Positions 1-9,619 of a DNA stretch of 64,000 nucleotides are shown piece by piece. The translations under genes were made by a program, and so were the position numbers. The DNA is from an uncultured Planctomycetia bacterium (GTDB lineage: Bacteria > Omnitrophota > Gorgyraeia > 2-02-FULL-51-18). The notes beneath the pieces are model-generated. The model had not been told where the DNA came from. It did not search any database and worked only from the letters and a program-made list of their open reading frames with translations. The first letter of the stretch is position 1, and each line of letters begins with the position of its first letter. Where the stretch lies: positions 18,705-82,704 of the forward strand of contig CAZXLF010000008.1 of the NCBI GenBank assembly GCA_964642015.1, in the 5' to 3' direction.

Positions 1-789
1 TTTGCCCTGCGGACGAAAATAGAAATTATGGCTCAGATCCCACACAAACGGCCACGAAGCGTTGAATGGATAGAATTTTTTTGCAAGTAAAAGATGCCGG
101 CGATACGCTTTGAGTGATATGGGTGTTGCTTTTGCTTTTTGTGCTACCGAGCCGGCCCACGCACCGGCAGCATTAACGATGCGTTTGGCTATAAAAAATT
201 TATTCCCTGCTCTTACATGAAAATAACCGTTCTTTTTCTCAATAGACCCAAGCGTATGACCCATCAGTACTTTCACGTGATATCGCTTTAAAGCTTGGTA
301 GAAACCACGGATCAACGAATTCACATCGACCATCGCATCGCTTTTGCAAAAAATAGCTTCTTTAAAATCACCGTTTTTAAGAAGAGGCACAAACTGTTCG
401 GCTTTCTGGCGCGAAAACCGCCGACAGGATAACCCCTCCTTTTTTAAAATGGCTTCTGTTTTTCTTAATTCATTAATCTCTCCATCTTTGGCCAGCAAAA
501 GCGAACCGTGAGGATCGAGCGCGGCGCCCTTCCATCCATTTTTACCGCATTGACTCAAAAAATTACGGCCTTCATGAGCTAATTTAGCCAGGACCGGATC
601 CGAGATCGCCTGTCGGATCATGCCGGCATTTCTTCCTGATGCATGACCGCCAAGCTTATGCTCATGCTCTATCACCACAGTATTCTTCTGTCCTTTCTTC
701 GCTAAATGATATGCCGTTGAAAGACCAGCGAATCCGCCGCCGATGATCAGTGTATCGACTAAGATCTTGCTGTTATTATTTCTTCGCAT
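1..789 (-). CDS. FAD-dependent oxidoreductase (DadA/glycine oxidase-like), 3' end outside window
   Basis: Not in the ORF track because there is no stop in the window. Manual translation from ATG at 789: MRRNNNSKILVDTLIIGGGFAGLSTAYHLAKKGQ...HASGRNAGMI. Shows the Rossmann GxGxxG and the ASGRNAG motif of the DAO family. Confidence 0.85.
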   Translation of the reverse strand, partial: MRRNNNSKILVDTLIIGGGFAGLSTAYHLAKKGQKNTVVIEHEHKLGGHASGRNAGMIRQAISDPVLAKLAHEGRNFLSQCGKNGWKGAALDPHGSLLLAKDGEINELRKTEAILKKEGLSCRRFSRQKAEQFVPLLKNGDFKEAIFCKSDAMVDVNSLIRGFYQALKRYHVKVLMGHTLGSIEKKNGYFHVRAGNKFFIAKRIVNAAGAWAGSVAQKAKATPISLKAYRRHLLLAKKFYPFNASWPFVWDLSHNFYFRPQGK

Positions 790-2005
790 GCGATCCGTCG
801 CCTTTAATAAAAAAATCCATCAGTTCATGGCCTCGCTCAACAAGCCGGCCGGATGAACTCGCTGTCCTCTCACAGAATTTTTTAGGACCTTTTTTGTCAT
901 GCTTGGAATCATAGATCAAAAAAGGCACCGCATCGCTCGCATGCGTGCGAGTGCTGACACATGTGTAATGATCGGGCAAAATCATGATTTTATAATCTTC
1001 AAATTCCGAAAGCCCTTTTCTGAGCGTCCCGAGCACCAAACGATCAACATCCTCGATCGCTTTGATCTTAAGTTTTGGGTCTCCGATATGCGCCGCCTCG
1101 TCCGTGGACTCGACATGGATCACGACAAAGTCGCGGCTTCTCAGTGCATTGACCGCATACTCTGCTTTTCCTACGTAATTCGTATCAAAATAGCCTGTCA
1201 CGCCCGGAACGCGGATCACATCGAGCCCCGCATAGATCGCGATCCCTTTCACTAGATCTACCGCGGTGATCACGGCGCCGTGAAATCCATAACGCTTGAA
1301 ATAAGATGGAAAAGTCGGCGAATGCCCCTGGCCCCAAAGCCAGATCATGCTTGATTCACCTTTTCCATCACGCAAACGTTTTTGATTCACCGGATGATCT
1401 TTGAATAATTCACGTGAATCAGCCATCAGATCCAGTAATAATTTCGCGTCCTTGCCCTTAGGTAGAAATTTTTGATACTCCTGCCCCATGATGTCATGTG
1501 GAGGCGCGCAAACGATCTTATCCATACAGTGCGCTTCATCTTTGCAGATCATCAGATTTCGATAACCAGTGCCCTTTCCGGGATAAAACCGAAGCCGATG
1601 ATTATATTTTTTAAGGAGTTTATCATTCAGGAACTCCAAAAGCGTTTTAGCTTCGCCGAGACTGATATGATCGGCGCTGAAATCTTTAAGAAATTTTCCT
1701 TCGAGCGTGACGAGATTGCAGCGGAACGCTATTTCTTTTTGACTTAATTCTAAGCCATGCTCAGCCGCTTCAAGCGGGCCGCGGCCCGTAAAATATTTGG
1801 ACGGATCATAACCAAAAACGCTCATGCAGCCGATGTCGGTGCCGGGAACAAATCCGCGGGGGATGTTACGGCTTAAGCCGACGATGCCGTGGGCGGCAAA
1901 GTGATCCATATTCGGTGTTGACGCTGCTTCCAAAGGAGTGCGTCCATCCAAAGCATCCACCGGCCTGTCACCCATTCCATCAGGAATGACGACAACGTAC
2001 TTCAT
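776..2005 (-). CDS. apgM: Cofactor-independent phosphoglycerate mutase, archaeal type
   Basis: 409 aa. Motifs DGMGDRP..L.GRTPLEAA.TPNMD, YFTGRGPLEA, AFRCN, HVESTDEAAH, PDH and H..DAVPF. Confidence 0.85.
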   Translation of the reverse strand: MKYVVVIPDGMGDRPVDALDGRTPLEAASTPNMDHFAAHGIVGLSRNIPRGFVPGTDIGCMSVFGYDPSKYFTGRGPLEAAEHGLELSQKEIAFRCNLVTLEGKFLKDFSADHISLGEAKTLLEFLNDKLLKKYNHRLRFYPGKGTGYRNLMICKDEAHCMDKIVCAPPHDIMGQEYQKFLPKGKDAKLLLDLMADSRELFKDHPVNQKRLRDGKGESSMIWLWGQGHSPTFPSYFKRYGFHGAVITAVDLVKGIAIYAGLDVIRVPGVTGYFDTNYVGKAEYAVNALRSRDFVVIHVESTDEAAHIGDPKLKIKAIEDVDRLVLGTLRKGLSEFEDYKIMILPDHYTCVSTRTHASDAVPFLIYDSKHDKKGPKKFCERTASSSGRLVERGHELMDFFIKGDGSHAKK

Positions 2006-2008
2006 AGA

Positions 2009-2977
2009 TCAGCTCACTAAGGCTTCGAGTTCTTTCAGCAAGAGCTCTTTTTCTTTTTCGGAATTGCGGATCACACAGCCGGCGGAATTATGATGTCCTC
2101 CGCCGCCAAAATTTCTGGCCACATTCGCTACATTAATCCCATATTTGGACCTGAGACTGACCCTGAACATTTTCCTTTCGGTTTCTCTGAAAACTGTAGC
2201 TATTTTAACACCTTCGATAGAGCGTAGGTCATCGGCGACTGCGTCGACATCGGAAATGTGCGCACCAAAACGCTTAAAATCTTTTTGATATACCGTGGAC
2301 CATGCCACAACGCCATTTATCGAAAAATCCGCGTTCATGATCGCATATCCTGAGAGTTTTGCTACCGAACGGCTCTTTTTCCAGTAAGATTCCTCTATCA
2401 AATGTTGAAGATCGACGCCCTTTCTCAGAAGCCGGCTGCAAATATCAAATGTCTTTGAGCGGATATTGGTAAATCTGAAAGAGCCCGTGTCCACGATAAT
2501 CGAGGTCAATAAACACGTTGCGATCGCCGGCGTGATCTCGACTTTAAGGGCTTTGATCAACTCATAGACAATTTCGCCGACCGCAGCAGCGTCTTCTTCC
2601 AGCACCTGGATCTTGCCAAATGAATTCCCAAAATCATGGTGATCAACTTGCACGGTGATTTTGGAACGGAAAAACGCCGTACGCAGCGCACCCAATTGTT
2701 TGACGCTCCCGCAATCCACTGCAATCGACACGTCCGCGGTTTCATGCGTGTCAGACATAATAAGCTCGCTGCCGGGAAGAAACTGAAAACGTGTCGGCAC
2801 GCCGTCCTGGCTCAAAAGGATCACTTGCTTGCCCATCAGAATAAGCGTGTGGCCAAGCGCTAAAAGACAGCCAATGGTGTCTCCATCAGGATTGACATGG
2901 GAAGCTACGATAATCTTCTTTGCTTTACGTATCGCTTGGATGGTTTTTGAAATATTTTGGTATAAACCAGTCTTCAT
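2009..2977 (-). CDS. nrnA: DHH/DHHA1 bifunctional oligoribonuclease / pAp phosphatase
   Basis: 322 aa. Motifs HVNPDGD, VDC, DHH, DTGSF, SLRS and FGGGGH. Confidence 0.9.
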   Translation of the reverse strand: MKTGLYQNISKTIQAIRKAKKIIVASHVNPDGDTIGCLLALGHTLILMGKQVILLSQDGVPTRFQFLPGSELIMSDTHETADVSIAVDCGSVKQLGALRTAFFRSKITVQVDHHDFGNSFGKIQVLEEDAAAVGEIVYELIKALKVEITPAIATCLLTSIIVDTGSFRFTNIRSKTFDICSRLLRKGVDLQHLIEESYWKKSRSVAKLSGYAIMNADFSINGVVAWSTVYQKDFKRFGAHISDVDAVADDLRSIEGVKIATVFRETERKMFRVSLRSKYGINVANVARNFGGGGHHNSAGCVIRNSEKEKELLLKELEALVS

Positions 2978-3090
2978 TTTCTATAACTTATTTAAAATAA
3001 ACAACTTATAAATACCCTTAATAAGTAGGGACTACGGTTCCTTTATCGGATGTGATTGTAGCTTTAAGATACCAAATGGCTAGATTGAAA

Positions 3091-3453
3091 TCAAGAATTA
3101 CGACGTCGAGAAACTTTACGTTTCTTGGACTGTAAACTAACTTTACAAGACTGATCGATCCACTGCTCCAATTCATCTCTATTCTCAATTACATTTGCGG
3201 GAACTTCCCAGTAAGACATTGTCACCTTTTTACGGCCGGCGGCTACATAAGTGAACGGTGAGCTGCCGGAATCCTCATAGTCTTTTCGATTCCGGTCTCC
3301 TGCCTTAAAATACAGTTGATCGTCCGCAATGATGCCGAATACAACGCCGTTCTTGTAAAGTCCCCAGCCTCCGAACATTGCCTTCGACTCGATCCCGCGA
3401 ATGTGGCCCATAAGATCGTGGACCACATAATCATGAAAAGCATGCTTGCCCAT
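3091..3453 (-). CDS. TfoX/Sxy N-terminal domain protein
   Basis: 120 aa. Motifs KAMFGGWGLY...FGII.DDQLYFK and PFTY...MSYWEVP. Confidence 0.85.
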   Translation of the reverse strand: MGKHAFHDYVVHDLMGHIRGIESKAMFGGWGLYKNGVVFGIIADDQLYFKAGDRNRKDYEDSGSSPFTYVAAGRKKVTMSYWEVPANVIENRDELEQWIDQSCKVSLQSKKRKVSRRRNS

Positions 3454-3465
3454 AGAATAATAAAA

Positions 3466-4077
3466 CTACTTTTCCAGATCTTTTAGTACTTCCGCTATTT
3501 TTTTGGATTGAAAATGAATATCGCAGTAGCCGTTAGGATTTTTCTGCAGATACTTCTGATGATATTCTTCGGCGGCGTAAAATTCGTCCGCCGGTTCAAC
3601 TTCGGTCACGATCCTATCTTTGAAAACTTTTGCTTTGATTAAAAGCTCTATTGCCTTTTTGGCGACTTTCTCTTGAACCGGATCATGATAAAAAATGGCT
3701 GATCGGTATTGGGTGCCGATATCATTTCCCTGACGGTTAAGTGTGGTGGGATTGTGATAACTGAAAAAGATCTCAAGCAACTTCGGATAGCTAAGCTTTG
3801 AGGGATCATAAGTGATCTCGATCGCCTCTGCATGGCCGGTGATCCCAGTGCAAACGATCTCGTAGCTAGGATTCTTCACATTGCCGCCGGTGTAACCTAC
3901 ACGAGTCGATACGACTCCGTCAAACTCTGAAAAAAGCTTTTCCATTCCCCAAAAACAGCCGCCCGCAAATGTCGCTTTTTCAGTTTTCATCGGTTCAGCC
4001 TCCGCCGCGTTTGCAAAAGGTTGGATCAAAAGCAATGCTGTAAAAATAATTACTACGTGTTTCATTTGAATATCCAA
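3466..4077 (-). CDS. msrA: Peptide-methionine (S)-S-oxide reductase with N-terminal signal peptide
   Basis: Motifs [31 protein letters not shown] and AEEYHQKY. Hydrophobic N-terminus ends ANA-A. The start may be the second Met. Confidence 0.95.
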   Translation of the reverse strand: MDIQMKHVVIIFTALLLIQPFANAAEAEPMKTEKATFAGGCFWGMEKLFSEFDGVVSTRVGYTGGNVKNPSYEIVCTGITGHAEAIEITYDPSKLSYPKLLEIFFSYHNPTTLNRQGNDIGTQYRSAIFYHDPVQEKVAKKAIELLIKAKVFKDRIVTEVEPADEFYAAEEYHQKYLQKNPNGYCDIHFQSKKIAEVLKDLEK

Positions 4078-4080
4078 GCA

Positions 4081-5010
4081 TTATTTTACCACGGTACTAT
4101 ACTTCTCGCAGATCTTGTAGAAATTGCAATAACCGCAAAGCTTTGTGTTTTCAGTGAACGAAAATATATCTCTGGGCTTCGGAATATTTTTGACCGGATC
4201 TACAAGAAGCTCTCGCATCTGATGGATGCTGTCAGAGATCGTTGCTGTTGTGCTTTTTATCAATGCTTCATTAACAGTCTGCTCATTCGCGACCGGTAAT
4301 GGGCTTGCTAAATTAAAGAGAAATGCACGTACATCCGAGACTGGGACATTCCATTTTCTCATCGCATACATCGCATAGGCACCGATCTGCACTGCAGCGC
4401 CTTCGCTGTCATTTTTGCCCGTTTTCCAATCATAGATCTCGACCTTGCCTTTTTTCATCCTTGCAAAATCAAGTTTGACAAAGATCTTCGCTTTTTCAAA
4501 CTCGAATTCTTCCAGATCCTCGATCAAAAGCCATGACTTTTTATCATCAGCTTTTAATTCTTCGTAAAGGCTTGAGCCATAGAAATTTTTAAGGCACTCT
4601 GCCGAGCTGTCATGAAATTCTTTCCAGGTTTCGTCGGATATCGATTTTTCATATTCGTGTTCAAAAAGACCCAGATTATTCTTCGGATCGTCCCAATGTT
4701 TCTTGGCTTTGGAAGATTTATAGTTGGTCCGCATGATCTCGGTCAGACGCGCAAGTGCCGTGTCGAGAGGGACAGGCTGGCCGTTCCTTAACGATTTAAG
4801 CACGTCTTCGATCACATGATGGACGGTTTCGCCTTTCCAGGCCCATCGGTTCTTCAGATTTTTCAAAACATATGCCATCCGCGCCTCTTTCGGAGCGTTC
4901 TTATCCCATCCTCCCCAAGAAGCATAACGGTCATAAAAATATTTCCGCCGGCATTCGCGGAACTCTTCGTCCCTTGATTTAGACCATGAAAAAATATTTT
5001 CTAACGCCAC
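4081..5010 (-). CDS. PD-(D/E)XK nuclease family protein (RecB/AddB/Cas4-like, probable Fe-S cluster)
   Basis: 309 aa. Motifs SWSK...CRRKY, G..VH, KLDF...IYDWKTG, Q...Y and C-terminal CxxCxxxxxC. Confidence 0.85.
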   Translation of the reverse strand: MALENIFSWSKSRDEEFRECRRKYFYDRYASWGGWDKNAPKEARMAYVLKNLKNRWAWKGETVHHVIEDVLKSLRNGQPVPLDTALARLTEIMRTNYKSSKAKKHWDDPKNNLGLFEHEYEKSISDETWKEFHDSSAECLKNFYGSSLYEELKADDKKSWLLIEDLEEFEFEKAKIFVKLDFARMKKGKVEIYDWKTGKNDSEGAAVQIGAYAMYAMRKWNVPVSDVRAFLFNLASPLPVANEQTVNEALIKSTTATISDSIHQMRELLVDPVKNIPKPRDIFSFTENTKLCGYCNFYKICEKYSTVVK

Positions 5011-5016
5011 GAAAAA

Positions 5017-5289
5017 TTATTTGCGGGAATTGGGTTTGTCGAGAGGGACCGCGTCCGACAATGCGTTGCCGAACATGGCCGCCGTACCGGCAAGGCCTGA
5101 ACGTTCAGCTTCTTTTTGCCAAAAACCTTTTTCGGTTTTGGCGGGAGGATTTTTTCTTTTTTCTCTCTGCTCTTTTTTATACTCTTTCAATTTTTCATAT
5201 TCCGGAGTACCCGGTTGAGATGCCAAAACTAGACTAGAAACGTTCAGGAACAATATCATCATTAAAAAAAATGTATAAAACTTCTTCAT
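5017..5289 (-). CDS. Small hypothetical exported protein
   Basis: Likely start is MKKFYTFFLMMILFLNVSSLVLA (ATG at 5289, preceded by an AGGAGAG SD), not the track start at 5403, which overlaps the DJ-1 gene. Confidence 0.65.
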   Translation of the reverse strand: MKKFYTFFLMMILFLNVSSLVLASQPGTPEYEKLKEYKKEQREKRKNPPAKTEKGFWQKEAERSGLAGTAAMFGNALSDAVPLDKPNSRK

Positions 5290-5302
5290 GAAACTCTCCT
5301 TT

Positions 5303-5854
5303 TTACTTAACGACCATCTTTTGAGATAATTGCTCGGCTTTTTCCGCGCTGACAAGCTGACTGACAAGTTCGAGCGAAAATTCCATAGCGCTTCCCGGTC
5401 CACGGCTCGTGATGACCTGAGCGTCCGACACGACGCGCTCCGGCAGGAATTTTACTTTCGGGCCGAGATCATTCTCATAACCAGGAAAGCAGGTTGCTTT
5501 TCTGCCATCCAGAAGACCGTTAGGAGCCAAAACCACAGCCGGCGCCGCACAAATCGCTCCAATGATTTTTCCCGATCTCTTCATTTTCTGCAAGAGATCT
5601 TTCAGTGCCTCGGATTTATTTAAATTCTCTGCTCCGGGCATCCCGCCAGGCAAGATCACGGCATCCGGAGTTCCCTGATATTGCTCGATCATCAGATCTG
5701 TTTCAACCGTGATGTCATGCGCGCCGATGATCTCGCGCTTTCCCACTCCGGCGACGATCACCTCAATACCAGCACGGCGCAGCACATCGATCGGCGTAAT
5801 CGCTTCGATCTCCTCAAATCCATCGGCCAAAACGATCAAAGCGGTTTTTTTCAT
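5303..5854 (-). CDS. DJ-1/ThiJ/YajL family glyoxalase/deglycase
   Basis: 183 aa. Motifs GFEEIEA...DVLRRAG, LPGGMPGA, AICAAP and TSRGPG. Confidence 0.92.
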   Translation of the reverse strand: MKKTALIVLADGFEEIEAITPIDVLRRAGIEVIVAGVGKREIIGAHDITVETDLMIEQYQGTPDAVILPGGMPGAENLNKSEALKDLLQKMKRSGKIIGAICAAPAVVLAPNGLLDGRKATCFPGYENDLGPKVKFLPERVVSDAQVITSRGPGSAMEFSLELVSQLVSAEKAEQLSQKMVVK

Positions 5855-5858
5855 AGAA

Positions 5859-7718
5859 TTATTTCACGATCCCGGTTTCAAGCCACTGATATTTACCTTC
5901 CAGCATCTTCCGGCCTATCCCGTAGATCATTTTATCATCATTTTGTCGTTGAGACTTGAATTCTCTTTGGATACGAAGCGTAGCTTCTTTACAGAAAAGA
6001 TCCGCAAGCTCCTCAGGCCCTCTATCCGAAGGATTCTCATTCGTAAGATATGCCGCCCGCGAACAGGCCGCCGCCATCGAAAAAAGATCGGTACCAATAT
6101 TCACGAACCGCGCCAGGATCTGCTGGTGCTTTTCAAGACCTTGCTGATAGACCGCCATGGCCATAAAAAGCTCCCGGGCCAGACGATGGCTGGTCTTCTC
6201 GATGAAAGAAATATGTTTTTTGATCGTCGGAGAAACTTTGGCGTAATTTTTCCAGCGCCTGAGATACACCCATTGCCTGGGATACCAGATCGCGTAATGG
6301 CCGAAAAATTCGAATGCCTTTTTTATCTTTTCACCAAACGGCGTCTTCGAGCTGATCATCGGAAGAATGCGCCTCAGATGCGGGTCCATCGCTTCACGCG
6401 CGATAAAAAGATGCATGATCTCACTGGTGCCTTCAATGATCAGATTGATCCGCGCATCCCTCATAAAACGTTCAACAGGGATCGGTTCCTCTCCTCTTCC
6501 CCGCAGCGAATCGGCCGTCTCATATCCTCTTCCGCCGCGGATCTGGACCGAATCATCCGCAATGCGCCAGGAAGCCTCCGTGCAAAAAAGCTTTGCCATC
6601 GCCGCTTCGAGACGCACATCCACTTTTCCACCGTCCACCATCGCGGATGCAAGCCACGTCACGCTGTCCATCGCGAAAGTCGTTGCGGTCATCATTGAAA
6701 TTTTGGAAGTGACAGCCTCATGATGGCCGATCGGGGCTCCCCACTGAACTCGCTTGTTTGACCAGTCTCTCGCGATCAACAGTGATTTTTTTGCCATGGC
6801 GGTACAAGCGGCGGGAACGGTCAACCGTCCCGTATTCAAAGTGACAAGAGCCAGTTTCAAACCCTGACCCAAACCCCAGATGATATTTTCCTTGGGCACT
6901 TTGACATCATGGAATCTTAAAAGTCCGTTTTGGATTCCTTTCAGTCCCATGAAACTGCATCGATGCACGACCTGGAATCCCGGCATATTCTTTTCTACGA
7001 TAAAAGCGGTGATTTGTGACCTTTCTTTGCCATTTACGACCTTGGGTGGAGTTTTCGCCATGACGACCAGAATGTCCGCGATCGTGCCGTTCGTGCACCA
7101 GAGTTTTTCACCATTGATCAAATAATAGTCGCCGTTTTCTATTGGCATCGCGGTCGTAGACATATTGGCCGGATCGGAACCGACACCGGGTTCCGTAAGA
7201 GCGAACGCGGAAACAGCGCCCTTTGCGAATTGGGGGAGGTATTTTTTCTTTTGTTCAGGCGTACCGAATAATTTTAAAGGCTGAGGCACGCCGATGCTTT
7301 GATGCGCGGACAATAATACCGCCGTAGAACCGCAATGGCTTGCGACCATAGCGATCGCACGATTGTAATTGATCTGCGAAAAACCAAGACCGCCGTACTC
7401 TTTTGGGATCTTTAAACCAAAACATCCGAGGTCGGCCAAACCTTTCATCACCGAATCAGGGATCAGACCTGTCCGGTCGATCGCATCGGCATCGACGTTC
7501 GACTTTAAAAATGCTTCGAGTTTTTTCAGGAACTCATCGCCGATCTTCTTATCCGTGGCTTCCTGCTCAGGAAAAGGAAAAATAAGATCCCAGCGGACTT
7601 TCCCGGTAAAAAGATCGCCTACAAAGCTGGGATATTTCCAGGATTCCTCGCGGGCTGCTTCGGCAACTTCTAGCGATTTAGCCTTTTGTTCGTTCTCCTT
7701 ACCTTTTAGCAGTTCCAT
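5859..7718 (-). CDS. Acyl-CoA dehydrogenase (long, VLCAD/ACAD9-like)
   Basis: 619 aa. Motifs AFALTEPGVGSD, NGEKLWCTNG, LNTGR, R.QWG and RINLIIEGTSEI. Confidence 0.92.
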   Translation of the reverse strand: MELLKGKENEQKAKSLEVAEAAREESWKYPSFVGDLFTGKVRWDLIFPFPEQEATDKKIGDEFLKKLEAFLKSNVDADAIDRTGLIPDSVMKGLADLGCFGLKIPKEYGGLGFSQINYNRAIAMVASHCGSTAVLLSAHQSIGVPQPLKLFGTPEQKKKYLPQFAKGAVSAFALTEPGVGSDPANMSTTAMPIENGDYYLINGEKLWCTNGTIADILVVMAKTPPKVVNGKERSQITAFIVEKNMPGFQVVHRCSFMGLKGIQNGLLRFHDVKVPKENIIWGLGQGLKLALVTLNTGRLTVPAACTAMAKKSLLIARDWSNKRVQWGAPIGHHEAVTSKISMMTATTFAMDSVTWLASAMVDGGKVDVRLEAAMAKLFCTEASWRIADDSVQIRGGRGYETADSLRGRGEEPIPVERFMRDARINLIIEGTSEIMHLFIAREAMDPHLRRILPMISSKTPFGEKIKKAFEFFGHYAIWYPRQWVYLRRWKNYAKVSPTIKKHISFIEKTSHRLARELFMAMAVYQQGLEKHQQILARFVNIGTDLFSMAAACSRAAYLTNENPSDRGPEELADLFCKEATLRIQREFKSQRQNDDKMIYGIGRKMLEGKYQWLETGIVK

Positions 7719-7769
7719 AAATTCTCCGGTTTTTATAAGAATGCTTTATCTTGATAAAGAATAGTTAAA

Positions 7770-7778
7770 ATTATAGCA
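7770..7778 (-). promoter_or_regulatory. Extended -10 sigma70-type promoter element (TGCTATAAT) upstream of acyl-CoA dehydrogenase
   Basis: Exact TGnTATAAT on the minus strand in an AT-rich gap about 50 nt before the ATG at 7718. Confidence 0.6.
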
Positions 7779-7793
7779 CAAAAAAATTTATTT

Positions 7794-8978
7794 TTATACA
7801 ACCGAAGCGGATTTTTTCTTTAGAAGCACCGCAATCTCGATATGCTTTGTCCGCGGGAACATATCGAATGGCGCAACGCATTCAAATTCATAGCAGCCTT
7901 TAGTCAAAATAATCTTGAGGTCTCTGACCAGTGTCAGAGGATCGCACGACAAATAGATCAAATATTCGGGCACAGCTTCACCGGAAAAATAATTGGCCAG
8001 TGAGAGATCGATCCCCTGCCTTGGCGGGTCCAAGAAAATAAGCGATTTACTATTTTTTTCCTTTTCAAATACGGATCGGAACGCCTTCTCGACGCGGCCC
8101 GATATGATCTCCATGTGCGTCAGCTTTCTTTCCTCTTTATTCATCCGCAACGCATGAATGCTGTAAGGATTTTCTTCGATACAATAGATCTTAATGGCAC
8201 TTGTAGCCGAAAGAATGCTGAAAGTGCCGACGCCGGCATAAAGGTCAAAAAACGTGTGACATGCCGAACGATCGATCCATTCGCGCATTTTTTTTACCAG
8301 AAGTTCCGAAACCTTAAGATTATTCTGAAAAAATCCTCTGGAATGTGTTAAAAGCAGCTCATTCCCGATCCTGATCCTCAAGAAAGTGTCATCCTGGTCT
8401 GAAAATATCTCTCCTTTTTCGGAAAGTTTAAAACTGATCTTCTCAAGATTCTTTTTCATTTTCCATTTTTTTTGATAAAGAAGTGCGAAGCGAGGATCTG
8501 CTATCTGACAATCTTTAATAACGACCTTGGATATATTATCTCGACCGATAAATCCCAGTCTTTGCAGCTCTTTGTCATTCGGTACAGTGCGGTGCAGTGT
8601 GATGCCGTTACGGTATCTATAGTCTTGGTCTGAATAAACGATGGATTGGATCAAAGACGGGTCAACGTTAAGAGATCTCTGGAATATTTCTTTGATCTGT
8701 GCTTCCTTCAGCTTCAATTCCTCGGAATAGATCACATGCTGATATTGGCATCCGCCGCAGTAGGCGATATGAACGCAGGGCGGATCAATGCGGAATGGGG
8801 AACGCTGAAGAATTTTTGCCGTCTTCGTTTTAAGAAAGTTTTTCTTATCTTGAAGAACCTCGGCAATGACCTTCTCACCGGGAAGCGCGCCTTCCACAAA
8901 ACAGGTTTTACCGTTTACGGTGCTTAAACCGTCCCCGCCGAAAGCAATTTTATCAATCAGCAGTTCAATAGATTTCAA
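7794..8978 (-). CDS. TRAM-domain RNA (uracil-5)-methyltransferase, RlmD/TrmA family
   Basis: N-terminal TRAM (FVEGALPGE), C..CGGCQ, FFQ.N, DLYAGVGTF, LDPPRQG, YLSCDP.TL.RD and DMFPRTKHIE. Confidence 0.9.
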   Translation of the reverse strand: MKSIELLIDKIAFGGDGLSTVNGKTCFVEGALPGEKVIAEVLQDKKNFLKTKTAKILQRSPFRIDPPCVHIAYCGGCQYQHVIYSEELKLKEAQIKEIFQRSLNVDPSLIQSIVYSDQDYRYRNGITLHRTVPNDKELQRLGFIGRDNISKVVIKDCQIADPRFALLYQKKWKMKKNLEKISFKLSEKGEIFSDQDDTFLRIRIGNELLLTHSRGFFQNNLKVSELLVKKMREWIDRSACHTFFDLYAGVGTFSILSATSAIKIYCIEENPYSIHALRMNKEERKLTHMEIISGRVEKAFRSVFEKEKNSKSLIFLDPPRQGIDLSLANYFSGEAVPEYLIYLSCDPLTLVRDLKIILTKGCYEFECVAPFDMFPRTKHIEIAVLLKKKSASVV

Positions 8979-9583
8979 CTCAAGGATTGCTTAAAGCTTG
9001 GGCGCGCTTGAATACGCTGGAACCAAGCGGTGAGGTTCTTCAAATCCTGCGGGATCCCACTCCCTACGATCGGCAGAGCCGCAATGTGCGGCGTAACCGC
9101 TACATCTGCAAGCGAATACTCTCCAAAAAGATACTCTTTACTATCGAGCATTTTGTCGAGTTCCTTTAGCCCTTCAAGCACTTCGGCTCTCTTTTTTTCC
9201 TTTACTTCCTCGCGCTGCTCGGGTTTTGGCTTAAGAATACACTCGATCACAAGGAGCCCGATGTTCAGCACAAGCTTTTTGTCGATCACTGCGACAAATT
9301 GACGTATCTCTTCTTTTTTTCGATCATCCTTCGGCATTAAAGCAAGCCCCGGATATTTTTGATCCAAATATTGATTGATCAAAAAAGCCTCCGACATATA
9401 AACATCGCCGTCGATGATCGCCGGAACCGTACCTTTCGGGCTGGCCTTTTTGAATTCGGGCGTTTCTTTTACCGATTTATCGGCGTGAACGTCGATCGGC
9501 TGATATGGAATGCTCTTTTCTGCCAGGACGATCTTCGTTTCTCTTGAATTTCCCGATCTTGGGAAACAATATAGTTTAATCAT
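8975..9583 (-). CDS. Glutathione S-transferase family protein
   Basis: 202 aa. Motifs P.G.VP, SE...I..YL and YLFGEYSLAD. Confidence 0.85.
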   Translation of the reverse strand: MIKLYCFPRSGNSRETKIVLAEKSIPYQPIDVHADKSVKETPEFKKASPKGTVPAIIDGDVYMSEAFLINQYLDQKYPGLALMPKDDRKKEEIRQFVAVIDKKLVLNIGLLVIECILKPKPEQREEVKEKKRAEVLEGLKELDKMLDSKEYLFGEYSLADVAVTPHIAALPIVGSGIPQDLKNLTAWFQRIQARPSFKQSLS

Positions 9584-9619
9584 ATGATTCTCTTTAATAT
9601 TTTCCGTTCAATTTTAAAT

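Noticed and set aside
2983-3010. AT-rich AACTTAT direct repeat resembling IHF or dif-like sites upstream of nrnA
   Set aside because: Only a partial match to the consensus in an AT-rich gap, with no associated recombinase or mobile element.
4081-5010. Cas4 / CRISPR system
   Set aside because: A solo PD-(D/E)XK nuclease in a housekeeping context, with no array or other cas genes seen.
5709-6698. 329-aa plus-strand ORF
   Set aside because: Antisense shadow of the acyl-CoA dehydrogenase and DJ-1 genes, with no recognisable motifs.
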